From Verrucomicrobiota bacterium (GTDB taxonomy: Bacteria > Verrucomicrobiota > Verrucomicrobiia > Verrucomicrobiales > DEV007), in contig JAADHD010000198.1 in the NCBI GenBank assembly GCA_013152075.1, positions 1 to 32,216 on the forward strand: a stretch of 32,216 bases of DNA, in the 5' to 3' direction. How positions within the stretch are numbered: the stretch's first letter is position 1; each line of letters starts with the position of its first letter. The notes beneath the pieces were generated by a model. The model saw only the letters and a program-made list of their open reading frames with translations. It ran no database searches and had not been told where the DNA came from. A program made the translations under genes and the position numbers. Shown in pieces: positions 18,433 through 29,024 of this stretch.

Positions 18433-19671
18433 ATGAAAACCAAAGCCTTTCCCGCTCTCATTCCCGCTCCGGGATACATTGATGAAGTGCCCGCCGTACC
18501 TTATGACGTGGTAAACTCCAAGGAAGCGGCTGCCATGGCCGTCGGCAAACCGCATAGTTTGCTTCATGTAAGCAAGGCAGAAATCAGCTTTCCTGAAGGC
18601 AGTGAACCAAGTGCGGATGAACTGTATCAGAAAGCCGCTGACAATCTGCAAAAGCTGCAGGACGACGGCGCTCTCGTTCGCGAACCCGCGCCCTGCGTTT
18701 ATGTTTACCGTCAGCAGATGGGCGATCATATTCAGACCGGTGTCACCCTCGCATGTCACATCGACGACTACGCTAACAACGTTATTCGTAAACATGAGAA
18801 AACCCGGCCAGATAAAGAAAATGATCGCACCCGACTGGCCAGCACATTGAATGCTCACATCGGCCCGGTATTTCTAACTTACAAAGACGACAACGCCATC
18901 GATACCCTGGTCGAAAAAATCACCAGCACTCAATCCCCCGACATGGAGACAACAGATGAAGCCGGGGTAATCCACACTGTATGGCGGATCGAAGCAGGAG
19001 ACGACATCACCGCCGCTTTTGAAAACGTCCCCCTCGCCTACGTCGCCGATGGCCATCACCGCACCGCCAGCGCTGCTCGTGTTGGTCGTGAGCGTGCGGC
19101 AGCAAATCCCGATCATGATGGCAGCGAAAGTTACAACTGGTTTCTCACCGTTTTGTTTCCATCCAGCCAGTTGAAAATTCTCGCTTACAATCGTTACGTC
19201 CATGATCTCAATGGCCTAAGCTCGGATGAACTGTTGCAAAAAGTGGGTGCAATTTGTGAAATTACCGTGAGTGGAGATCAGAGCGTGCCAAAGGCACCCG
19301 GCGAAGTTTGCATGTTTCTCGACGGCCAGTGGCATACCCTTAGCCTACCGACAGCAAAAGACGACGGACCCGTTGCTCAACTCGATGTATCGATTTTGCA
19401 GGATCAACTATTGACCCCGCTACTGGGCATCGACGATCCCCGCACCAGCAAACGCATCGGCTTTGTCGGCGGCATCCGTGGAACGGGTGAATTGGAAAAA
19501 CTCGTCACTACCCACAATGATGGAGTTTCCTTTTCACTATTTCCCGTCAGCGTCGATCAACTGATCGCGATCTCGGATGCCGATGAAATCATGGCTCCCA
19601 AATCCACCTGGTTCGAACCCAAACTGCGTTCCGGATTATTTATTTATACCATTGATTCCCCTTCGTCCTAA
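18433..19671 (+). CDS. DUF1015 family protein
   Basis: The track ORF starts at 18271, but the conserved family N-terminus begins at the ATG at 18433 (MKTKAFPALIPAPGYIDEVPAVPYDVVNSKEA..), giving 412 aa. Internal AYVADGHHRTASA is typical of DUF1015. Confidence 0.8.
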   Translation: MKTKAFPALIPAPGYIDEVPAVPYDVVNSKEAAAMAVGKPHSLLHVSKAEISFPEGSEPSADELYQKAADNLQKLQDDGALVREPAPCVYVYRQQMGDHIQTGVTLACHIDDYANNVIRKHEKTRPDKENDRTRLASTLNAHIGPVFLTYKDDNAIDTLVEKITSTQSPDMETTDEAGVIHTVWRIEAGDDITAAFENVPLAYVADGHHRTASAARVGRERAAANPDHDGSESYNWFLTVLFPSSQLKILAYNRYVHDLNGLSSDELLQKVGAICEITVSGDQSVPKAPGEVCMFLDGQWHTLSLPTAKDDGPVAQLDVSILQDQLLTPLLGIDDPRTSKRIGFVGGIRGTGELEKLVTTHNDGVSFSLFPVSVDQLIAISDADEIMAPKSTWFEPKLRSGLFIYTIDSPSS

Positions 19672-19696
19672 ATTCTTAATTCCTAATTTCTAATTC

Positions 19697-21007
19697 TTGA
19701 AGTATCCTCCGATTGATCCGAATTTTTTTGTAGAAAACCGAGCCCGCCTAGCAGCGAAGCTCGAAGCCGGCTCTATTGCCGTTTTTAATTCAGCAGACAT
19801 CCCTCCGCTCTCTGCTGACGGCACCAGTCACTTCACGCAGAACAGTGATTTATTTTATCTGACCGGAGCTGACCAGGAAGACACGGTGCTCGTGCTTTGT
19901 CCTAACTCCAAGGACGTGGAAAACCGGGAAATTCTATTTGTCCGGGAGACCTCGGAACGAATCGCAATCTGGGAAGGACAAAAGCTCAACAAGGAACAGG
20001 CGACAGCGGTATCCGGCATCGCACACGTGGAATGGATCGACCAACTGGACCCTATCCTGCGCCGCCTGATGCGGGAAAACAACAACGTTTACCTCAACTA
20101 CAACGAACACGGCCGTGCCGGATCTCCCGTAGAAACTGCCGATGACCGCTTCCGCAAGCGCTGTCAATCTCTCTATCCGAACCACCACTACAAACGCTCC
20201 GCCCCCCTGCTCCACCAATTGCGAGCGGTCAAATCAGCGGTCGAGATCGGGCTGACCCAAAAAGCCTGCGACATCACGGATGCAGGATTTCGCAGAGTCC
20301 TTTCCTGGCTGAAACCCGGCGTGATGGAATACGAAATCGAAGCCGAATACGCTCATGAGTTTCTGCGTTCAGGATCAAACGGCTTTGCCTACCAACCCAT
20401 TATCGCCGCTGGGGCCAATGCCTGTGTTCTGCACTACCTGAGCAATGATCACCGCTGTGAAGACGGTGATATGTTGCTGATGGATGTCGGTGCTGAATTC
20501 GCCAACTACAACGCCGACATGACTCGGACGATTCCAGTCAATGGTCGCTTCACCGAAAGGCAGCGAGCGGTTTACAGCGCTGTTCACCGCACTCTGGACG
20601 CTTGTATCAACGAACTCATCCAACCGGGTGTGAAAATCAAGCACTATCAAAAACAGGTCGCGGAGATCATCGAAGAAGAGCTGCTGGAACTGGGATTACT
20701 CGATGGCAAAACCGTCGCTTTGGAAAAAAATCGATCTGACTTGAAAGAAGAACAAAAATCTTATCGCAAATATTTCATGCACGGCGTTTCCCATTCCCTT
20801 GGTCTTGATGTGCATGACGTCACGCCAATAGATCCAGAATTTCAGGAGAACATGATCGTAACCGTGGAACCCGGTATTTATATTCGCGAAGAAAATATCG
20901 GCCTGCGCCTGGAAAATAACATCGTGGTGAAAAAATCCGGTAATGTCGACCTAATGGCTCACATCCCTATCGATCCCGATGAGATCGAGGATTTGATGAA
21001 TTTGTAA
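19697..21007 (+). CDS. pepP: Xaa-Pro aminopeptidase (M24B family, AMP_N plus pita-bread domain)
   Basis: The 436-aa ORF has the N-terminal QNSDLFYLTGADQEDTVLVL and the metal-ligand region LMDVGAEFANYNADMTRT, HGVSHSLGLDVHD, VEPGIY. The only upstream in-frame start is a TTG at 19697, so the start is uncertain. Confidence 0.85.
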   Translation: MKYPPIDPNFFVENRARLAAKLEAGSIAVFNSADIPPLSADGTSHFTQNSDLFYLTGADQEDTVLVLCPNSKDVENREILFVRETSERIAIWEGQKLNKEQATAVSGIAHVEWIDQLDPILRRLMRENNNVYLNYNEHGRAGSPVETADDRFRKRCQSLYPNHHYKRSAPLLHQLRAVKSAVEIGLTQKACDITDAGFRRVLSWLKPGVMEYEIEAEYAHEFLRSGSNGFAYQPIIAAGANACVLHYLSNDHRCEDGDMLLMDVGAEFANYNADMTRTIPVNGRFTERQRAVYSAVHRTLDACINELIQPGVKIKHYQKQVAEIIEEELLELGLLDGKTVALEKNRSDLKEEQKSYRKYFMHGVSHSLGLDVHDVTPIDPEFQENMIVTVEPGIYIREENIGLRLENNIVVKKSGNVDLMAHIPIDPDEIEDLMNL

Positions 21008-21010
21008 ATA

Positions 21011-21250
21011 TCACTCAAGGATCCTCGTCCACTTTTCCGCCAGTCTGGCGCGGGATTTCGAGTCTGCAAAAAACTGAGTAAACCCGCAGTCTGAGCAGGC
21101 GATAACACGTAACTTTGGTGTCCATGATGTGGAGCCAAGGCCAGGTAATAGAGCTGTCCCACTCAACAATCCGCCAGAAGCTTTTACATGGTTCTTGTAA
21201 ATGTTCTCTGAATTACAATTCAAACAGCTGTCAGGATATGTATTGTTCAT
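21011..21250 (-). CDS. Small zinc-ribbon protein (CxxC...CxxC)
   Basis: The 79-aa ORF has CLNC and CSDC pairs. It is downstream of tyrS on the same strand and convergent with pepP. Confidence 0.5.
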   Translation of the reverse strand: MNNTYPDSCLNCNSENIYKNHVKASGGLLSGTALLPGLGSTSWTPKLRVIACSDCGFTQFFADSKSRARLAEKWTRILE

Positions 21251-21324
21251 TCTAAGCGCGACTTTACCAGCTCTAACCTAACGAAGTCAATGACCCAAAT
21301 GCAAAACCGCTGCGAATGAGCTAA

Positions 21325-22497
21325 CTACTTCAACCGCACAAAGCGTTTCTTATCCAGTTTGAGCACATCCCCCGCCTTCCAATCAGGCTCGCTCTTTAGA
21401 TCTGTCACCTTTTCTCCATTCAACTGCACGCTACCCTGTTGAATCAATCTACGCAATTCTGATCCGGAACGTTTGCTGTCAAAACCAGCTTCGTAAGCAT
21501 GTCCTACGACTCCGAGCAAATCACGCCTCTCTCCCAGTGAAATTTCGGGCATGTCGGCGGCTTCGTGATCACGTTTGCTGAATTTGGTTTCCCAGTTTTG
21601 CCGTGCGGAGACCGCTTCGCCGTCGCTATGAAAACGCGCCACCACACTTTGAGCCAGTTGTTTTTTTGCATCCATCGGATGCTGGGTTGCATCCAGTTCG
21701 ACCCCCATTAACAAAGTGTAATAGCGCCCCATCAATTCATCGGAAATACTCATCAGCTTGCCGAACATTTCATCCGGTGCCTCAGTCACTCCGATGTAAT
21801 TGCCGAGACTTTTGCTCATTTTCTGCGTCCCATCCAAGCCTTCGAGAATCGGCATTAACATCACCACCTGTTGCTCCATGCCTTCAGATTTTTGCATGTC
21901 ACGCCCTACCAGAATATTGAAAAGCTGATCGGTTGCTCCCAGTTCAACATCGGCCTTCACCATCACCGAGTCCCATCCCTGGACGATCGGATACTGAATC
22001 TCATGCAGACGAACTTCTTGGTCCGCCGCGATGCGCGCCTTGAAATCCTCACGCTGCAACATCTGCTGCATCGTAACTCTGGCATTCAGCCTGATCACAT
22101 CCTCAAAGGTCATTTTCTTGAACCACTCCCCATTAAAACGCAGCTCCGTTTTGTCCTTGTCGAGAATCTTGAAGGCTTGATCGGTGAAAGTGCGTGCGTT
22201 TTCCAATACCTCCTCGCTAGACAACTGCGGACGCGTTTTGGATCGTCCGCTGGGGTCGCCAATCAAGGCGGTGAAATCTCCGATGATCAATACCGCTGTA
22301 TGGCCAAATTCCTGGAACTGCCTCAACTTCTCCAGAGGCACCCCGTGCCCCAAATGCAGGTCGGGTGCCGTGGGGTCCACTCCGAGTTTTACCCGCAACG
22401 GTTTGTCGCGCTCCAGTTTTTTTAACAATTCCTTTTCGCTGATCACCTGGGCTGTGCCCCGCATCAAAGTTTCAAGCTGTTCGGATATAGAACTCAT
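21325..22497 (-). CDS. tyrS: Tyrosine--tRNA ligase
   Basis: The 390-aa ORF has the class I motifs HLGH (PDLHLGHGV) and KMSKS (QKMSKSLGNYIG). A C-terminal S4-like domain reads ELRRLIQQGSVQLNGEKV. Confidence 0.95.
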   Translation of the reverse strand: MSSISEQLETLMRGTAQVISEKELLKKLERDKPLRVKLGVDPTAPDLHLGHGVPLEKLRQFQEFGHTAVLIIGDFTALIGDPSGRSKTRPQLSSEEVLENARTFTDQAFKILDKDKTELRFNGEWFKKMTFEDVIRLNARVTMQQMLQREDFKARIAADQEVRLHEIQYPIVQGWDSVMVKADVELGATDQLFNILVGRDMQKSEGMEQQVVMLMPILEGLDGTQKMSKSLGNYIGVTEAPDEMFGKLMSISDELMGRYYTLLMGVELDATQHPMDAKKQLAQSVVARFHSDGEAVSARQNWETKFSKRDHEAADMPEISLGERRDLLGVVGHAYEAGFDSKRSGSELRRLIQQGSVQLNGEKVTDLKSEPDWKAGDVLKLDKKRFVRLK

Positions 22498-22584
22498 GGT
22501 AAATTATTATGTCGGCTCGAAGAAAGACGCGAGCATGGTAAATTTCAAACGCAAAAAAGCAGAAGGATCCTCTTCGAAAGCAAT

Positions 22585-25293
22585 TCAATCGTTAAAACGA
22601 ATACTCTTGGGTCGCTGCATTTTCACTCGGCCCGCATTCCTCGGAGGCGGAAATACCCCGGTCGCTTTAGGCACCGGCTTTCGGACGGGTTTCGCATCGT
22701 CGCTAGGCGCTTCTTCTGCTCCCTCCTGCATGACGACCGGTTGCACGACGGGCACCGCTTTCAATCCCCCCACAGGTTGCGCCACAAGCGCCGCCTTTAC
22801 CGGCACCGCCTTGAGCGTCGTCTTGCCGTCCTTATCAACAGCGTTGCCGTCTTCTGACTCAGTAGGTTTTTTAGGCTTGGGAACAGCGACCGCCCGAGCT
22901 TTCAAACTTGGGATAACAGAATTGTAGGGATCATGACCTAGCAGAATCGGACTCAATGGTATGATAGACTCCGCGTACGCAACTTGTGCTCTCAAAGTAG
23001 CCGAGCTGCTAAAAGGAAAGGTAGGGTCAAAAGGCCGCGGCCCGTTCGTCATCTGCGGCGATATCGTTCCGCCGTGTATCGAGCAAGAGGTATTCACCAG
23101 CGTTCCGGGACGCAGGTACTCGACGTAAGTAGTGCGCACACTTTTGGGCGATTGCCCAGGAGGCCCAGGCACTATATCCGAACACTGATCCGTAGCCCGC
23201 TCTCCGGAAATTTTACACAACTCGATCTGCACCGACCCTTTGGGTGGCATGAAAGGTTCGGGCGGAAAATATTCTGCCGCGTCATTCATCACCTGGGTCC
23301 ATATCGGCAATACTGTGTCACCGCTGAAAGCGTTAGGGTAAATAGGCGAAGGTGCATCAAATCCGGCCCAAACTGCGCAAGTGATTTTGCTGGTATAACC
23401 AATAAACCAGTTGTCTGTGTAACCATACTCAGTGCCGCTTTTTCCGGCTATCGGCATATCTTTTTTCAGGCCATATTGATCATAAGCTTTTCGACCGGTT
23501 CCATCCTTCAGAACATCTACCAGGCAGGAGGTGACCTGCCACGCGGTGAACTTGTCGAGCAACGGTTTCTTCAAACGGCGCACCTGGGGTGCATAGATCA
23601 TTTTATCCTTGGAGTCACGAATGCTGGATAAAATATGCGTGCGTTCTGCCCTGACTCCCTGGTTCGGGAAAACCGAATAAGCCAGACACATCTCCGTCAT
23701 CGAAGCTGGAGAACGGCCCAACATCGACGCGTTGAAATTTTTGATATCGCCATCAAAGCGAATACCCGATCTTTCTGCTAATCCGATTACTTTCGACAAA
23801 CCGGTCAATATGCCCAAACGAACGGTCGCTGCGATTTTTGAAAGAGCCAGTGCTCGTCTCGCCGGCATGCTTCCCACATGCACATTTGCCAGACTTTCTG
23901 TGCCCCATTCTCCAAGTATGCCGCTCATGCCTCCGATCATGACCCGACGATTGTCGATAGGGATATCTTCAACCGGAGTTCCCGGGAAACGCCCGCTTTC
24001 AAAAGCAGCGGCGTAAACAAAAGGAGTAAAGGCCGTGCCGGGCGGGCGGCGACTCAGAACCGCGCGATCATACATGCTGTCATTAAAATCCCTTCCTCCA
24101 ACCAGTGTCACGATCCCCCCACTTTCATTTTCGATTGCCAAAACAGCTCCCTGTAAATAAATGGGTTTTGGCAAAGTTGCCTTAATTTGTAACAGCGGCC
24201 CCTCTCCTTCCTCCCCTTCAGTTGGTGCCGCCACAACTTTCTCTCCGGCTATTTTTTCTCTGGCCTTGAATTCACGTTTCAGCGCTTTGTAATCCGCACG
24301 AGTCTGGTGATCAAAACCTTCGTGTTGTTCTATCTTGTCCAACTGCTTCACCATCGCCGCTTCCGCTTTGCGCTGTAACCTGTTATCAATGGTGGTGTGA
24401 ATTTGAAAACCTCCCTGTGAAGCCAGCTCATATCCGATCACCTCGATCACCCTCTGCCGAACCTGTTCGTAAACGTATTTCGACTGCGAAACTGCAGAAC
24501 CTTTTGAAATCGTTACCAGAGGCTCCTGCTGGTATTTAGACATCTGCTCTTTGCTGATCATCCCCTCAATACGCATTCGTTCGAGGATATAGTTTCGCGT
24601 GGACTTGGACTGGTCGGGATTATTAAAGGGAGACAAGCGGTTGGGGCTTTTGATAAGACCGGTGAGTGTTGCCGCTTCCGGTATCGTCAAATCAATCGGT
24701 TCCTTACCAAAATATCCGTTGGCCGCGGCGGCAATTCCATAAAAACCACTGCCAAAATAAACCCGGTTCAGATAAAGCTCGAGAATTTTGTCTTTGGTGA
24801 ACTTTTCCTCAATCCTCTGGGCGAGAAATATCTCGGTAACTTTGCGACTGATGCTGCGCTCCCGCATTTCAAAAGCATTGCGACCTAGCTGCTGGGTGAT
24901 AGAACTCGCGCCCGAAGTAATGCCCCGTGCTCGAAAATTATTGATCGCCGCGCGTGAAATGCCCACGTAATCAACCCCGTTATGGGTGTAAAATCGTTTA
25001 TCCTCAGTAGCAACCAAAGCATTCACCACGTTTTTGGATACTTCCTCGAAAGTCACCGGACGGCGATTCTGAACGAAGATGCGCCCCAATTCTTCTCCAT
25101 TACGGTCAAAAATGATACTGGCAGTCTCCAGATTATGGATTTCTTCCAGATCAAAAGTCTGCGCCAGCTCGTATCGTGGCTTTGAGTAGAGGTAAACCAC
25201 GCCCACACCGATGCCTGCTGCCATTATGCCCATAAACAACAGGACAATGAACAACTTCAAAAAAAATCGGGAAAATCTCCGGCTACGACGCAT
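22585..25293 (-). CDS. mrcA: Bifunctional penicillin-binding protein 1A (glycosyltransferase GT51 plus transpeptidase) with a low-complexity C-terminal tail
   Basis: The 902-aa ORF has an N-terminal membrane anchor and the GT51 motifs ATEDKRFYTHNGVD, GASSITQQL and RKVTEIFLAQRIE. A transpeptidase region and an Ala/Pro/Val/Lys-rich tail follow. Confidence 0.93.
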   Translation of the reverse strand: MRRSRRFSRFFLKLFIVLLFMGIMAAGIGVGVVYLYSKPRYELAQTFDLEEIHNLETASIIFDRNGEELGRIFVQNRRPVTFEEVSKNVVNALVATEDKRFYTHNGVDYVGISRAAINNFRARGITSGASSITQQLGRNAFEMRERSISRKVTEIFLAQRIEEKFTKDKILELYLNRVYFGSGFYGIAAAANGYFGKEPIDLTIPEAATLTGLIKSPNRLSPFNNPDQSKSTRNYILERMRIEGMISKEQMSKYQQEPLVTISKGSAVSQSKYVYEQVRQRVIEVIGYELASQGGFQIHTTIDNRLQRKAEAAMVKQLDKIEQHEGFDHQTRADYKALKREFKAREKIAGEKVVAAPTEGEEGEGPLLQIKATLPKPIYLQGAVLAIENESGGIVTLVGGRDFNDSMYDRAVLSRRPPGTAFTPFVYAAAFESGRFPGTPVEDIPIDNRRVMIGGMSGILGEWGTESLANVHVGSMPARRALALSKIAATVRLGILTGLSKVIGLAERSGIRFDGDIKNFNASMLGRSPASMTEMCLAYSVFPNQGVRAERTHILSSIRDSKDKMIYAPQVRRLKKPLLDKFTAWQVTSCLVDVLKDGTGRKAYDQYGLKKDMPIAGKSGTEYGYTDNWFIGYTSKITCAVWAGFDAPSPIYPNAFSGDTVLPIWTQVMNDAAEYFPPEPFMPPKGSVQIELCKISGERATDQCSDIVPGPPGQSPKSVRTTYVEYLRPGTLVNTSCSIHGGTISPQMTNGPRPFDPTFPFSSSATLRAQVAYAESIIPLSPILLGHDPYNSVIPSLKARAVAVPKPKKPTESEDGNAVDKDGKTTLKAVPVKAALVAQPVGGLKAVPVVQPVVMQEGAEEAPSDDAKPVRKPVPKATGVFPPPRNAGRVKMQRPKSIRFND

Positions 25294-25438
25294 AAATAGG
25301 TTGGCTGTAGTAATAGGGAATGATAGCAGGAAAGATGCCTACGATTAAACTATCTGAATACCCGGGCGGGAATATGGACTGAATCAAGCCAGGGAGCAAG
25401 TATCAGAAAAACGCTTTTTTACGATTAGTGGAATTGAG

Positions 25439-26560
25439 ATGAAGCACGACCATACAGCGAATACGGACCTGAAAGAAAGAATCTTTCAAAAAATCGAGGC
25501 GAGCTCACAAGGCGCTGTTTCATTTGCCAAATTCATGGAACTGGCCCTCTATGAGCCGCAACTTGGGTATTACAGTCAGCCTGGGAGGCCCATCGGGCGG
25601 GAAAGTGGAGATTTTTACACCAGTGTCAGTGTGGGGAAATGTTTTGGCTTGTTACTGGGATACGCCATCGAAGCCGAATGGGAACAAGCCGGCCGACCAG
25701 CCGACTGGCTCATCGCAGAACAAGGCGCTCATGACGGTCAGCTGGCGCTCGACATCATTGAAGGTTTGCAACAGCGCAAATGTCCCCTGCTCGAAAGTTT
25801 GCGCTATGTGGTGATCGAATCTCATGAGGGCAGGCGTGACTTTTTAAAAAACCGACTGGATAGAAGCCCGATGGCATCCGTGGTATCGGCTCCTGATGAA
25901 ATTCAAACGGGCACCGGTATATTTCTCTGTAATGAGCTGGTCGACGCCTTCCCTGTTCACCGGATCAGGTGGACCAATGAAAAATGGCAAGAGCTGTTTG
26001 TCACACGGGCAGAAACGGCAAGCTGTTTTGCCCTGCAAGCACGTGATACAGATAATCCGGAACTGCTGACGGAGGCCTCAAGATTGAATACAGAAGATTT
26101 TCCGGAAGGTTATACCACCGAAATTAATCTAGCGATGAAGGACTGGATGAAGTCGGTCGGCGATCTGTTTGAAAATGGCAAGGGCTGCTGGTGGGTGATC
26201 GACTACGGCCACCGGGAGGAGGAATATTATTCGCCGACACGCCGGGAAGGCACGCTGCGCTGTTACCGTGAACACCGCGCGTCTGATGATGCCCTCGTAG
26301 GTTTGGGCGAAACCGATATCACCGCCCATGTGAATTTCTCCCGTCTTGCTGACTACGCTGCCGAGACCGGGCTCACTGATGCGCCCCTGCAGGATCAACA
26401 CGACTTCCTGATTCGCGCCGCCAAACCCTGGTTGCTGGCAATGGAAGCATCCGCTGACACCCAGAATGCCGGCAATAAAAAGCTCCTGCGTCAGTTCCAA
26501 ACCCTGACCCACCCCGGCATGATGGGGAGGGCATTCAAGGTGTTGACTTTGAGGAATTGA
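25439..26560 (+). CDS. Class I SAM-dependent methyltransferase, MidA/NDUFAF7-like (DUF185)
   Basis: The 373-aa ORF has FAKFMELALYEPQLGYYS near the N-terminus and NELVDAFPVHR, both typical of the COG1565 family. Confidence 0.78.
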   Translation: MKHDHTANTDLKERIFQKIEASSQGAVSFAKFMELALYEPQLGYYSQPGRPIGRESGDFYTSVSVGKCFGLLLGYAIEAEWEQAGRPADWLIAEQGAHDGQLALDIIEGLQQRKCPLLESLRYVVIESHEGRRDFLKNRLDRSPMASVVSAPDEIQTGTGIFLCNELVDAFPVHRIRWTNEKWQELFVTRAETASCFALQARDTDNPELLTEASRLNTEDFPEGYTTEINLAMKDWMKSVGDLFENGKGCWWVIDYGHREEEYYSPTRREGTLRCYREHRASDDALVGLGETDITAHVNFSRLADYAAETGLTDAPLQDQHDFLIRAAKPWLLAMEASADTQNAGNKKLLRQFQTLTHPGMMGRAFKVLTLRN

Positions 26561-26563
26561 CCG

Positions 26564-28897
26564 CTACCCGATCACATTTTCCCCGGCGTTTTCTTTCTGA
26601 TGAATGGTGACCGGCCAGCCGGGAAACTGATTGTCAGGTTTGCCGTCTGTAACATCCACAAGAAAGCGGAAGGAATCCAAAGCGTAAGTTTTTTTCTCGG
26701 TATCGATGGTGACCAAACCGAATCCGCTACCTTTCTGGTGCGCTTTTTTGTAACGATTTTTCTCAGTGGGAACGATGGGGTTTCCAACCGCATACACATA
26801 AACCTTGTTACCGAATCCATCGATGAATTCACCGGTGTTCGGTCGCGCTTTATCCGGGCGATTTTGATGCGCCATGCCGACTTCATCCGGACGCCACCAC
26901 CGCGGATACCCGACAGCGATCGCCGGTGTACAGAAAGACCAGTTGCTGTCGCGTTGTTTATCTACTCCATATTGCGAGAGCGTTGTCAGGTGTTGATCGC
27001 CATTAATGTGTAAAGCCTTTGATTTGCGAATGCTGTTGATGGCATTATCGCGCGCCGTCTGAGGCCACGCGCCGGAATCCAGATCGCACTTCAGGTAGCC
27101 GTCATACTTGCCGTGATGAGTCGCCACGCCGGCAAAAACCGTTTGGCTGAGCAAAATTTTCATCTCGTGCCCGCGCCAGTCCTCACTCCACGTTTTCAAA
27201 AATTCCTCCTGTCGTTCCCCAAGCAAAACAAGACCGGGTTTATCGAGAACCGAAGCATCAAAATCAGGGTCGGAGACGTGGTCGGCTCGACCCGATCCGG
27301 TTTCCACGTGCTCAGGGCCGCTCTTCCATTGACGGTCACCGAGAATTGCGAAGCTCACCCCGCCATAAACCAAATCACCGTAATACACGCTGATGTCCTG
27401 CAAGCAGGGCTTGGAATCAAAAGCGTCAGGATGATGCGCCGTATTGGTGTTGTGGACGACATTGACCACTTTGGCTGGCTCCCGATAGCCGCCCTTTGAA
27501 GAGGCTCCGCCGGCGTTATCTTTCATTTTTGCACCACCTTCTCCCCAGATGTTGCCCTGGAACACATCATGATCGTCCGGAATACAGACGGTCGGTCGGT
27601 CTTTCATCGCATCGCGAAAGGACCAGCCGAACTGATAAAATTTCCTCAGATAATTGAGAATCGCAGGATCTGCCGGATCACGGATGATGCCGAATCCACC
27701 GTGATTTTCGTAGAGCTGGTCTCCCGAAAAATACAGCATGTCCGGATCAAGTTTGACGACATTATTTGCGACGGGCTCATAGGGAAAAGCGTAATCGTTT
27801 TGGCAAGTGAGCGCTCCGAGTCGCAACGCACGGCCTTCCGGATTGGCTTTAATCACCCCGCTCCACTCGGAAGGTGTTTCCGTTCCGTCTTTGTGTTTTT
27901 CCAGATAAACGAGTTTGTAAGGAGTTTCCGCTTTTTCATCCCACTTGACCAAACGGAAAGTGGAAGTCCAGGCATCGGTGTCGAGCTTCGCTTTGCCCTG
28001 GGATTTCCATTCGCCATCACGCTCTATAAACAATTCGACACTCTGATTATCCTTTTCTCCAAGAGGGCCTGTCAAAGCAGACATTTTCATGACGAACCCC
28101 TCCTCGCCACGTGAATCGCTGAGCGTATACATCGACCACAGAAGCGGACCGAAGCGGTGCTCCGGCGAGACTTTAAAAACACTGCCGCCAAGCTCCCACT
28201 CGGTGAAACGATAGCCTTTTGTTCCGGTTCGTTTTGACAATCCCTTGTAGTGACTGACCAAAGCAACGTTCCCCTTTATCTGATTGATGGGGAATAGATT
28301 GGAAATGGAACCCAGGACTTTTCCCGAGCCCGGCGAAGTCGCGATCAGCGTAAGGGCATACTTATCGCCTTTTGCCTCGCCCTGCAAAGAGAGCGCAAAA
28401 TCGTTTAGCTGAGCCGCCTGATCGAGCTTTTTCTTTTTTTTGCCAAGCACCAGCTGATTGCCAACCAGGCCAGCATCGATGCCCCCTTTGGCAAAACTAT
28501 TACTGCGATGCTCATTGATATCACTACGGATCCCTATGCGAAATCCGGCCCCGCCGTCTTTTTTATTCGGAGTTTCCACCTGCCCCACCCGAACCGACAT
28601 GGCAAGGTTCCCCTGTGCATTGCTCAATTGATGCGTAAGCGAATGAATGCTGCGACTAGCCGCACTGGTCTGGCACTCGGCCCAACCATTTTCAATCCGC
28701 CAGTCTTCCATCGGGTTCGCCCAAAAATCTCCGCCCAACCAGACCCGGTCGTGGGTCTTTCCCCAGAAGTCGATGCGCTTCGTTTTGATTTTCGGCTTTT
28801 TTTCCTGAGCTGAAACTTTGTAGATACTTTCAAAACCGAATAAAGTTCCGAGAGCGAGAAATTTGAGTCCGAGACGTCTGGAGAATTTTTTAATCAT
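26564..28897 (-). CDS. Secreted PhoD-like metallophosphatase with a large N-terminal domain of unknown function
   Basis: The 777-aa ORF has a signal-like N-terminus ([21 protein letters not shown]). The metallophosphoesterase motifs are [20 protein letters not shown] and LHINGDQH. It is convergent with the MidA-like gene. Confidence 0.7.
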   Translation of the reverse strand: MIKKFSRRLGLKFLALGTLFGFESIYKVSAQEKKPKIKTKRIDFWGKTHDRVWLGGDFWANPMEDWRIENGWAECQTSAASRSIHSLTHQLSNAQGNLAMSVRVGQVETPNKKDGGAGFRIGIRSDINEHRSNSFAKGGIDAGLVGNQLVLGKKKKKLDQAAQLNDFALSLQGEAKGDKYALTLIATSPGSGKVLGSISNLFPINQIKGNVALVSHYKGLSKRTGTKGYRFTEWELGGSVFKVSPEHRFGPLLWSMYTLSDSRGEEGFVMKMSALTGPLGEKDNQSVELFIERDGEWKSQGKAKLDTDAWTSTFRLVKWDEKAETPYKLVYLEKHKDGTETPSEWSGVIKANPEGRALRLGALTCQNDYAFPYEPVANNVVKLDPDMLYFSGDQLYENHGGFGIIRDPADPAILNYLRKFYQFGWSFRDAMKDRPTVCIPDDHDVFQGNIWGEGGAKMKDNAGGASSKGGYREPAKVVNVVHNTNTAHHPDAFDSKPCLQDISVYYGDLVYGGVSFAILGDRQWKSGPEHVETGSGRADHVSDPDFDASVLDKPGLVLLGERQEEFLKTWSEDWRGHEMKILLSQTVFAGVATHHGKYDGYLKCDLDSGAWPQTARDNAINSIRKSKALHINGDQHLTTLSQYGVDKQRDSNWSFCTPAIAVGYPRWWRPDEVGMAHQNRPDKARPNTGEFIDGFGNKVYVYAVGNPIVPTEKNRYKKAHQKGSGFGLVTIDTEKKTYALDSFRFLVDVTDGKPDNQFPGWPVTIHQKENAGENVIG

Positions 28898-29024
28898 TTA
28901 TAAGCTGGTGAAAGTGACTGTAGATGTAAACAGAATCTACTCAAGGCTACAAGGCACGCAATAACGTAACCTTTTTGTGCCCCTCACGCGCCTGAAACAA
29001 TCTACCCGACGAGTGTCTGGAGAA

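Noticed and set aside
22498-22584. Possible T-box or terminator structure upstream of tyrS / downstream of PBP1A (AGGATCCT palindrome followed by CTTTTTTG).
   Set aside because: The palindrome has no loop and only ~4 bp can pair. The 87-nt gap is too short for a T-box leader. At best it is a weak terminator, so I did not annotate it.
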